Shown piece after piece: positions 53,515 to 64,000 of a stretch of DNA of 64,000 nt. Below the pieces are notes generated by a model. The model saw only the letters and a list, made by a program, of their open reading frames with translations, searched no databases and was not told where the DNA came from. The DNA comes from Octopus sinensis. Taxonomy: Eukaryota. Made by a program: the position numbers and the translations under genes. Where the stretch lies: positions 39,556,001-39,620,000 of the forward strand of contig NC_043007.1 in assembly GCF_006345805.1 (NCBI RefSeq), written 5' to 3'. How positions within the stretch are numbered: the first letter of the stretch is position 1; every line of letters begins with the position of its first letter.

Positions 53515-53745
53515 GGTGGCGAGCTGGCAGAAACGTTAGCATGCCGGGCGAAATGCGTAGCCGTATTTCGTCTACCGATGCGTTCTGAGTTCAAATTCCG
53601 ACGAGGTCGACTTTGCCTTTCATCCTTTCAGGGTCGATTAAATAAGTACCAGTTACGCACTGGAGTCAATATAATCGACTTAATCCGTTTGTCTGTCCTT
53701 GTTTGTCCTCTCTGTGTTTAGTCCCTTGTGGGTAGTAAAGAAACA
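53515..53745 (+). mobile_element. SINE family B with imperfect TSD
   Basis: Flanks aggtactgcttgaaagg / aggtattgcttgaacagg. Confidence 0.88.
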
Positions 53746-53829
53746 GGTATTGCTTGAACAGGTGGTGTTGTCTTTTCTTTTCTCACTCTTCACCAACAAA
53801 TATCATTATCACCTGTAATAAACCATAGG

Positions 53830-54055
53830 GGTGGCTCTCAGGGCTTCTGACCTTAACTGATTGGAAAATCCTTACAGGGTCTCCCCTGCAAGGCCATGCA
53901 CTGTTTATCTTGACATGAGATCACCATGTCGCGCACATGTGGTTGTGATGCATGCGCCTGGTGTACCTTATCAGACAAGTGGTCATGATGGGTATACTGG
54001 GCTTTGTATATTTGTACCCGTACCATTTTCATGGTACGCATTGGACTCTCACTCA
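53830..54055 (+). mobile_element. Internally deleted copy of the 60016-61159 repeat unit
   Basis: ggcttctgaccttaactgattggaa joined to cctgcaaggccatg...ctctcactc. Confidence 0.75.
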
Positions 54056-54107
54056 TCGCCACCACCACCACCAACAACAACAACAATAATAATAATGATA
54101 TAATAGT

Positions 54108-54850
54108 AGCTGGACTCTAAATGAACTAATCAAAATAGACATGAAAACAAGAAAAATAATGACAGGGTTTAGGATGTACAACCCAAAATCTTACATAGAA
54201 AGGCTATATGTACAACGTATAGAAGGTGGTAGAGGATTTATACAGCTAGAAAACTGTTTGAAAATAATCACCATAGGACTATAGAAATATATCTATATAC
54301 GGGGATCTATATACGCTGGAAGTTATGCCAATACTATGGAATAACAACAGAAAAAAGATAGTATAGGCACACGCCAGAAAAAGGTCACAGAAAATGAGAA
54401 AGCAACCATACTCTGGCATATACCAAAACGCACAGATAGAGAAATTAGGGCTAATATACCGGATATAGTTGTCAGATATACAAAAAAGCAATGCTTTCTA
54501 ATTGACGTATCAATGCCAACAGATGACAATGTTTCTCTAAAAGAAACGGAGAAACTTTCAAAATTCAAAGATCTGGAAATAGAGGTAACTCGAATGTGAA
54601 GTCTAAAAATAGAAGCAACTCCTATTATAGTAGGTGCATTAGGTATGACAAAAAACATTCAGACAAATACATAGCAAAAACATCAAGACTTACAAGTATA
54701 CCTAACATACAGAAAATAGCACTACTAGGTACCGCGCACAAAACACTTTCGATACAGTGAAAATAAGAGCACCACAGCACATACCCAAGGTACACAGAAT
54801 TGCGTTCGGTAGAGTAGTGAAAGCACGTGATAAAAATAAAACTACTGAAT
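54108..54850 (+). mobile_element. R4/Dong-like LINE (subfamily 2), internally deleted
   Basis: DMKTRKIMT..ERLYVQRIEGGRGFIQL, ANIPDIVV, FLIDVSMP..EKLSKFKDL and PIIVGALG. Confidence 0.85.
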
Positions 54851-55704
54851 AATAATGCAAAGGCATCGGAGGGGTGATGCATACCCTGCGTGCAGATAAA
54901 TGTTTTCACGTATTATAGTGTGGGTTACAATGCATTGCTTACCCATGCTTTTTAACTGAACTGAATTAATTCTTTTCTTTTTTTAAGTATCACCATTATA
55001 GGTATTTATACTCCGGTGAAATTAATAAATCAACTCATAAATAAATGAAACCCTTGAATCCATCAGTGTACACACACACATGCACACGCAAACACACACA
55101 CGCACGCACTCACACACAGTTATATATGTATGTATGTATGATGTATGTATGTATGTATGTATGTATGTATGTATGTATGTATGTATTATGTTTGTATGTA
55201 TCGACGCACATGTGTCTACGCGCATAGGTACACCATGATCAATACACACGCAGATGAGGAGCGATTCATATGAAAAACAAAGTGAACAAAATAATATGAC
55301 TACTTGCTTATAAGGAATTATGTAAGTGGGTTTTTTTTAAGATAATCAAACCAAATGTTCATCATTTCGAGCTATTCACCCAATGAGTATTTCTGCTAAA
55401 TGTGGTGAAAATACGTTCAGCCGTCTTCCAGTAATTTTGAAAATACACAAACAAAGACGATTGATTACAATACTCTGCTTTCGCTTGCACGCGCAAGGTA
55501 ATAATAATATTTTACAGCAGTGCTCTACCCACAGAACCAAAACATTTACATATAAGATTTGGAAGAAAATAACCTAGATAAGGATTTGGATAGAGCGATG
55601 AATGCTAATAAATTAGTTAAGATACCGAGATATATTCTCAAAACAAAAGACAAATATCAGGAATAGAAATAGAGTACTTAAAATGATGTTGATGATAATG
55701 ATGA

Positions 55705-55905
55705 TCCTTTCTACAACATGCATATGTCTTGAAATTTTGGTGGGAGGGGCCTAATCGATTACATCAACACCTGTGCTCAACGGGTACTTATTTCATTGAC
55801 CTCGATATGATGAAAGTCGGCTTCGTGGGTAATTTGAACTTAGGACCGAAAGACGGAAGAAGTGCCACTTAGCATTTTGCTTGGCCTGCTAACCATTCTG
55901 CCAGT
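55705..55905 (-). mobile_element. SINE family B, degenerate
   Basis: gaaattttggtgggaggggcctaatcgattacatc...ctaaccattctgccag. Confidence 0.65.
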
Positions 55906-55952
55906 TTGCTGTATTATTATTACTATTATCATTATTATTATTATTATTATTA

Positions 55953-56013
<61 letters not shown>

Positions 56014-56019
56014 TATTAA

Positions 56020-56233
56020 GGCGGCGAGCTTGCTCAATCGTTAGCACTCTGGATGAAATGCTTCGCGGCATTTCGCCCGTCGCTACATTCTTAGTTCAAA
56101 TTTCGCCGAGGTCGAATTTGCCTTTCATCCTTTCGGGGTCGATAAAATAAGTACTAGTTGAGCACTGGGGTCGATGTAATCGACTAGTCCCCTCCCCCAA
56201 AATTGCTGCCATTGTGGCAAAATTTGAAACCAG
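56020..56233 (+). mobile_element. SINE family B monomer in (TTA)n
   Basis: Complete head, core and tail. Confidence 0.88.
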
Positions 56234-56407
56234 TATTATTATTATTATTAAGGCGGCGAGCTGACAGAACCGTTAGCACGCCGGGCGAAATGGCTAGCGG
56301 CATTTCATCTGTTTTTATGTTCTGAGTTCAAATTCCGCTGAGGTCAACTTTGCCATTCACCTTTTTGGGGTCGATAAATTAATTACCAGTTAAACACTGG
56401 AGTCGAT

Positions 56408-56776
56408 ACAGCTCTATATTTAAGAGATGAAGAATTATGTACAATATTTACATTTGACGGATATTTGTTCTCATCTTGTTTGTTGTTAACACGTTTCGGC
56501 TGATATACCCTCCAGCCTTCATCAGATGTCTTGGGGAAATTTCGAACCTGAGTTCCCATTCCTAAGGTATTTTTCGATGTCATCATCATCATCATCATCA
56601 TCATCATCAATATTATTATCATAACACCTAAAAATTACCATAGGAATGAGAACCCTGCTTCGAAATTTCCCCAAGACACCTGATGAAGGCTGGAGGGTAT
56701 ATCAGCCGAAACGTTGTGTTAACAACAAACAAGATGAGGACAAATATCCGTCAAATGTAAATAATGTAAATAATGT
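56408..56776. mobile_element. 369-bp non-coding fold-back element with hammerheads and 12-bp TSD
   Basis: Arms about 56440-56580 and 56622-56768; (CAT)n spacer; TSD actggagtcgat at 56396-56407 and 56777-56788. Confidence 0.88.
56675..56720 (+). ncRNA. Minimal type I hammerhead ribozyme
   Basis: gacac-CTGATGA-a-GGCTG-gagggtatat-CAGCC-GAAAC-GTT-gtgtt; palindromic AACGTT stem III; mirror copy with a 3-nt deletion at 56488-56530 (-). Confidence 0.8.
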
Positions 56777-58264
56777 ACTGGAGTCGATGTAACTGACTTA
56801 GCCTGTCCTCCGAAATTGCTGGCCCTATGCAAAAAGTTTGAAATTATTATTATCATCATTATTATTATTATATTATTATTATTATTATTATTATATTATT
56901 ATTATATTATTATTATTATCATTATTATTATTATTATTATACTTTACATGACAGGGATGACAATCGTTTCTATGATGAGGAAGAGGTAAAGAGGATCTTC
57001 TTCCTCGTAGTTCTTCTCTACATCATCATCATCATCATCATTAACATCATCATAAATGAACGTCATTATCGCTATACATTGGTTAACATGTTTAACATAT
57101 GATAGTTATGATACAAAATTTGTTGTAGATGATGAATATGATGATGATGATCATCATCATCATGATCATCATCATTATTGTCATGAGGAGGAGGAGGGGA
57201 GTCAGTGGTGGTGGTGCTGCTGCTGCTACTGCTGCTGTTGAGGAGTAGGAAGAGGAGGCGGGGGAGAAAGGGGTGGAGGAGGAGGAAGGGGAAAGGAAGA
57301 TTTGGAGGGGATGAATGATTGCTGTGATAATGATGGCGGCATTGCAGATGATAAAATAAGCATACAGAATGAAATAGAATGAAATCGTATGAAATAGAAC
57401 GAAACAGAATTGAACAAGAGCAGAACAGAAAAGAAAATAGAGGAGAAGATAGAGAAGAAAATGAAAGAAAAGACGAGAAGATGAAGCGAATAGAAGAGAA
57501 GAAGAAGAAGAAAGCGAAACAAAACAGAGATGATTAGAAATCAATACTTGTTAAAGCCGACGAATCTGTATTTGGTATTCTCTGTCTGCACCATTATGCT
57601 ACCATTTAAAACTAAAAATGAAAAAGGATAAAAGAAAAAACCATGTAGAATAATAAGAAGGAAAACAGACAAATATAACGACGTCAAACAAACAAAATTT
57701 ATACAAAATGGCGAACACATAGAAGAAGCAGACGACCGAGAAGATGGTGTAGAAAAAGGGGGAATAACTAACAATAAAACACCAACAACAACAACAGCAA
57801 AAATATTAATGAAATAAAATAAAATAAAATATAATGCTACAAAACAAAGATATCTCAAAGTGGACGATGAAAAAGAAGAAAGAAAATGAAGAAATATTGG
57901 TAATTTCATTTAGAAAGCCTTGTTAGAAAAAGGGTAAAAAAAGAAAAAAGAGAATCAAACTTGCAACGCCAGACATTCAACATGGTATACGTTCCGCTGG
58001 TCTTATTATCTCTAACGCAATTTGACGGCTATCCCAAGAGAAGATGATAAATTTATTTCCTTGATCTCTCAAGCAACGTGGCTAGCTACTTCGAATAACA
58101 GTTGAAAGTTGTGTTCTTTGTTCTGGCCTCAGTCTAGCTAGCTTGTTTCAACTGTTGGACTGTTTGACTGTATAACTGTTTGACTGTTTGACAAAAGCTG
58201 TCTTTTGATATGAAAGAAACGCGGTTGTATGTCTACGTATGAGTGTGTGTCTATATGTAACTCC

Positions 58265-58317
<53 letters not shown>

Positions 58318-58676
58318 TGAGTGAGTGGCGTTTTGTATGTGTGCATGGAAGTAAATGTGTCTGCGTAAATGAAGAGAATTCTATGTTTGTAATCTTTTTT
58401 GAATGCATACATACACAAATGCATACATGTATATATGTATACATACACACACACATTTACATATATATATACATATGCACATGTATAACATTATATATAT
58501 GTACATATACATATATGTAAATATATATGCAACATAAATGTTTATATTCGTATGTGTGTGTACACACATATATTTATATACATACATATATACATATGTA
58601 TATATATACACAAATACCCATACATTTAAATCCTCTTCTCTCTCTGTCTATCTACACACACACACATATATATATG

Positions 58677-58730
<54 letters not shown>

Positions 58731-60015
58731 TATATTTACATATATATATATATCAATTTATGTATGTATGTATATATATATATATATATATAGTATACAT
58801 ATATATGTACAATATGAATATATTTGCATATATAAATATATACATATTTACATACATATTAATATATATTATATATATATATATACACACCTGCATACTT
58901 ACATACATATAAATACATGCATATATATATACATACATACATACATGCATACATACATACATACGTACAAATACATATATGCTTAGTATTGTAATATATA
59001 TACAATGCTATATCTTTTTGATCCAAAATAGAAATGTATGTCAAGATAGTACTCGATATATTCAGATAGAGCTAATTCAAATATGTTTATAGTTGGACAA
59101 CTATTTATACTGGAAACAATATATTCCATATGTACAGATAACGAACGGATATTTCAATATCTGTATATAGAGAGATTATATTGCTTCCAGAATTCATTTC
59201 CATTTAACTATAAACATTTTAGACGCGTGTAGTTCAATATCTCCCACGAAACTTTAAGTAATGTGGAGCTAAGTCAGACTGTCATTAACTACATGTAAAT
59301 GAGATGAGTGTCACTTTCTTTCGTTTTCTTACTCACATGTATGGGTGTATGTATGTACGCATGTATGCGTGTGCGTGCGTGTGCGCGTGTATGTGTATGC
59401 ACAAATATTGTAGTAGGTTCGTGCGAGAACATAAACATTTAGATTAGTTCAAAAATGCTTCGGACCTATTTCGATTCGTACAATGGCGTATTCACTGCCG
59501 TTTGACAGTGAGAAGAATTCTCGCTTTTGACAATAGTCGTTAAAAAGAGTACCAACAAAGTTATTTTTAGGCGCCGCATGGGGGTACTAATGATAGTCAA
59601 CAAGCTAGAAATATGTTCAACGCTTATCGTGAAAAAAGCTTCGGTTGAAAACCTTGACATAAAATTCGGAACTGAAAGCCTTAAAGTCGTTCGCTATTGC
59701 TTTCACCATTGTTCTAGCAACTTCTATAACAGCACTGGTGCGATTATCCAATGTAATTTTCCATTTTGAAAAGAGTAAAAAAAACGAAAGAAAATTATTC
59801 ACTCTGTCTTACAGATAGAGTGACCAGGTAGAGTACCATTGTTTGGATCTGGCCAATCCCAAGGAAAAACTAAGCTAAGAGCATTAGATTCCTTGGAAGA
59901 AAGCAGCGAATGTATACAAAAGCAAGGACGGAAAAATACGGACAATGTTACACAAATATAAATACAAGAGAATAATAATAACAACAACAACAACAACAAC
60001 AATAATAACAATAAA

Positions 60016-60558
60016 TACCCTGATGTAGTACCAAGCAGTGGTTCTCATGACTCTTGATCTTGACTGATTGGAAGTGTTATCAATTACATTGTTTTGTCTT
60101 GGTATAAAAGATAGACTACAGCAAATATTCTGCTCAATATCACAGATTTGCTAGTCAGTTGTCTGAGCTTAACCAGTTGAACATGTCACTTGGTGGCTGA
60201 CGATATGTGCATCTCTGATCACAAGCAGAAGTAGTTGGGGAGCATCATAGCAATGTGTTGAGAGGAGTTCTTTGGCGTTTGGATTATTCACCTTTGGAAA
60301 CATGGGTGTTTCATTCAACATCCTTAAACAACCCTTATCCAGGGACCTTTTGAGTAGAACGGACTACTATACCTGAAGAAAATTTTTATTGGGCCCCACC
60401 TGCAAGGTCATACGCTGTTTATCCTGATATGAGATCACCATGTCGCGCACATATGATTGTGATGCAGCCTTACCAGACGGGTAGTCATGATGTGTACACT
60501 GGACTTCGTATATTCGTACCCCAGTGTCACTTTGATGGCATGCACTGCTCTCTCACTC
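60016..60558 (+). mobile_element. ~540-bp repeat unit embedded in (AAT)n (probable R4/Dong-associated 3' region)
   Basis: Colinear with 60634-61159; ends ctctcactc-(aat)n. Confidence 0.8.
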
Positions 60559-60616
<58 letters not shown>

Positions 60617-60633
60617 GTAATAATAATAATAAT

Positions 60634-61159
60634 CTCATGGCTTCTGATCTTAACTGATTGGAAGCGTTATCATGTACATTGTTTTGTCTTGGTATAAAAG
60701 ATGGTCTACAGCAAATATTCTGCTCAATACCACAGATTTGCTTGTCAGTTGTTTGACCTTAACCAGTTGAGCATGTCCCTTAGTGGCTGACGATATGTGC
60801 ATCTCTGATCACGAGCAGAAGTAGTGGGGGAGCATCATAGCCATGTGTTGAGAAGGATTCTTTGGAGTTTGAATAATTCACCTCTGGAAACATGGGTGTT
60901 TCGTTCAACGTCCTTAAACAACCCTTATTCAGGGACCTTTTGAGCAGGATGGGTTACTCGATCTGAAGAAAATTCTAACTGGGCTCGACCTGCAAGGTCA
61001 TGTGCTGTTTATCTTGATATGAGATCACCATGTCGCGCACATATGGTTGTGATGCATGTGCCTGGTGTGCCTTATCGGACGGGTGGTCATGATGGGTATA
61101 CTGGGCTTCGTATATTTTACCCCAGTGTCACTTTGATGGCATGCTCTGCTCGCTCACTC
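60634..61159 (+). mobile_element. Second, diverged copy of the ~540-bp unit
   Basis: Same as above, (AAT)n on both sides. Confidence 0.8.
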
Positions 61160-61174
61160 AATAATAATAATAAT

Positions 61175-61495
61175 CTGGTGCAGAAGCTGCACCACATATC
61201 CTTTATAGTTGATATTGCACGTCCCTTTGACCCACGAATGTTCAGGAAGGAATGCGAAAAGATAGATAAATACAACACTCAGTCGAAACGGCCCGGCTAT
61301 GGAAAATGAAGAAGATGAAGAGTGCCTAGTAGAACTGTTACAAAGGGTTTGCCTCCTTGGCATGGCCAGAATAATCAGGAAAGTATTAAACAGCTGAAAA
61401 TATCAGATAGCATGGTACCGTAGGCTGCAGGTAGCAAGCCCGCAACGCATACAAGACTCCAGAAGCTCCAACAAAACCAGTGATAAAAAAGAAAT
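61175..61495 (+). mobile_element. R4/Dong-like LINE 3' end (another subfamily)
   Basis: FIVDIARPFD...KECEKIDKY, RLWKMKK and LLQRVCLLGMARIIRKVL. Confidence 0.75.
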
Positions 61496-61745
61496 AATAT
61501 TAACAACACAACAACAATAATACTAATAATAATAACATGCCAAGACGAAAACTTCATTTGACCTTCGATACACGTGAATTTGTGGAATACCAAATAATAA
61601 TGAATTTCCCTTCGCTGATGTCTCCTTCGCTGCTGGAATGAATTTTTTGGTGCGTTCATTTGTCATTCTGTTTAGCTATCATTGGAGGTGTGCTTCATTT
61701 TTGATCTACTTTGATCTGTCCAATAGAACGATCCCCAGCAAATTG

Positions 61746-61833
<88 letters not shown>

Positions 61834-61864
61834 GTCTATCTATCTACCTATCTCTATCTGCCTG

Positions 61865-61925
<61 letters not shown>

Positions 61926-62002
61926 TATCTATCTATCTGTCTGTCTGTCTGTCTGTCTATTTAAAGTTTACTTTAGATAGATAGATAGAGAGAGAGAGAT
62001 AG

Positions 62003-62055
<53 letters not shown>

Positions 62056-62056
62056 C

Positions 62057-62094
<38 letters not shown>
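61746..62094. repeat. Inverted (TCTA)n/(TAGA)n microsatellite palindrome
   Basis: Arms of opposite polarity meet at taaagt-tt-acttta (61962-61975). Confidence 0.85.
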
Positions 62095-62192
62095 GGAACC
62101 TTGGATTTAGGTTAGAAACCGACTTCTCTATTGGCAAGAAATCTTGAAATAAAACTGAATGGCATACATACATACATACATACATACATACA

Positions 62193-62226
<34 letters not shown>

Positions 62227-62345
62227 CAAGTTTAAGGATGTTAAGGTTTGAGGAGATTGTATTGATAGTAGTGAAATTATCGATAAATATCGCCAGAATA
62301 TTGAAACTCAGTTGTATATGCATCAGACATTGTATCCCTCTAGAT

Positions 62346-62606
62346 CAGAGGTTCTCAAATGGAGTCCATATGGCCCTTTGTGTTTTATATAAGATTTTGT
62401 TGTTAAAATTCATCTGCAACAGATTGGTTGCATTTCTACTATCCACAAAATATTTTAACAAATTTTTATTATACAATTCCAAATAGCATTTAATCATAAA
62501 AATATCATAGGTGTTTTTTTAACATCAATTGGATGTGACTGTGCACTCGAGTAAAATAGGAATCGAGGAGACTCCATAACTTAAAAAAAAAAGTTGAGAA
62601 ACATTT
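62346..62606. mobile_element. hAT (Charlie-type) MITE with 8-bp TSD
   Basis: TIRs cagaggttctcaa / ttgagaaacattt; TSD ctctagat / ctccagat. Confidence 0.75.
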
Positions 62607-63219
62607 CTCCAGATGATTATTTCCAAAAGGGTTCGTTTTGTTTCTCGACAAGTATTTTCAGTAGAAACCAAAAGGAGATAAGCTTAAATCAATGAAAATG
62701 ACCAATGTCAACTGTAAACGTCATGTCCTGAATAAAACTGAATTGTGATCTGTAACCAAGACGAACAGTCTGTGCAGTTTCATAAAAATTGCTTATTCAA
62801 TAGTAGAATGTAATGGCTAAAAAACTACAGGCTGTTGAGATTACTGAAATGGTAGAGTTTCCAGAGATGTTGTCACCTACAATTACATTTTCGAAGCAGT
62901 TATTGCCACTGATGAAAGATCGTATGTCGCATACAAACACACTGCGATCATCAGAGCATAGCTGTCCCATGCATCGAATATTGCGACCATCTGCTGCCTG
63001 ATTGAAAATCAATTTTGAACAAATACATAAGAACAGAGCTGCTTTTGATAAGACCTAGACCAAATTCTGTGCAAATTTAAACAAAACTGAGATCAGAGTA
63101 GACAACCGACAGTCCCAAATGGCGGATAATGCCCGCAGCATAAATGCATGTTGGAACATTGAAGTGGTTGTCATCGAAATCGAATCCACAGCTGCCATAT
63201 ATATATATTATATATATAT

Positions 63220-63252
<33 letters not shown>

Positions 63253-63589
63253 AGTGTGTGTGTGTGTGTGTGCGTACGTGTGTATGTGTGTGTTATGTAT
63301 GTATATATATGTAAATGTGTATATCGGTGTAACTCATTTTTTGATGTTATTCGCTCTGTAAACATAGTCATTGTCATACATACACATATACACATAACCT
63401 TTATTCATAACCTCATTTATATATACACTCACACACGCACGCATAATCACACGCACACACATTCACGCTCTCACACTCACACACACACACAAGCACACAA
63501 TCGCGCGAGTATATGAAGGTACAGCAATCATATAGTTGAAATATTGCTTATTGATAACTGGCAGATTAGAGCGTTGGAAGATGTTTGTT

Positions 63590-64000
63590 CTGATATTTCT
63601 GTATATCATAGCAATAGCAGGTAAGCTCTCCAGATATCAGAAAAGAATAGATCATTATCAACATGATATTTGAGACAGAACAGAGGAGATTTTATAATCA
63701 AATAGAGGAGAATAAAGTACTGAAGATGAGAAACTTAATGCAGAAGAAGCTAGAAGGTTCTGGTGTAATATTTGGGATAAACCAGTCAATCATAATGGAT
63801 ATGCAGTATGGTTAAAGAAAGTGAGGGAAAAAGTAGTGAGTGAGAAGCAGCTCTAAGATCTAAGATTAAATAGTACATTAATGTGTAAGGTGTTAGGAAA
63901 ATTTCCGAATTCCAAGGGACCGCGGCCAGATTTAGTTCAAGAGTATTGGCTAAAGAAATTTAATAGTTTACATGGGAGGCTGAGGGAGCAACTTCAAGAT
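63590..64000 (+). mobile_element. R4/Dong-like LINE, region N-terminal to RT (runs off the window)
   Basis: AGKLSRYQKR, EARRFWCNIWDKPVNHNGYAVWL and PNSKGPRPDLVQEYWLKKFNSLH.RL. Confidence 0.8.

Larger units (their letters stand above)
56252..56845 (+). mobile_element. SINE family B interrupted by a fold-back insertion
   Basis: The SINE resumes at 56777 after the duplicated actggagtcgat. Confidence 0.85.

Overview
AT-rich, repeat-saturated eukaryotic (metazoan) intergenic or intronic DNA with no recognisable host protein-coding gene, rRNA, true tRNA or CRISPR array. The repeat inventory looks like an octopus/coleoid cephalopod genome; this is an inference from recalled SINE families, not a database result. 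Nearly all of the supplied ORFs are translations of microsatellites. Real content: (i) many copies of at least four tRNA-derived SINE families (labelled A-D here); (ii) R4/Dong-clade RLE-LINE fragments that mostly abut (AAT)n/(AGT)n tracts; (iii) an L1/Tx1-like RT fragment, an APE remnant and an RTE 3' end; (iv) at least two families of Penelope-like elements (RT+GIY-YIG); (v) mariner relics, Tc1/pogo and hAT MITEs and Helitron-type non-autonomous elements. The most striking pattern is a set of minimal type-I hammerhead ribozyme motifs with palindromic stem III (best at 21528-21643 +, 33028-33102 -, 56675-56720 +). Several sit inside fold-back elements: one is a 369-bp non-coding insertion with a perfect 12-bp TSD, and another carries a tRNA-like Pol III head directly upstream of the ribozyme. 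All calls were made by eye; boundaries of degenerate repeats are approximate.
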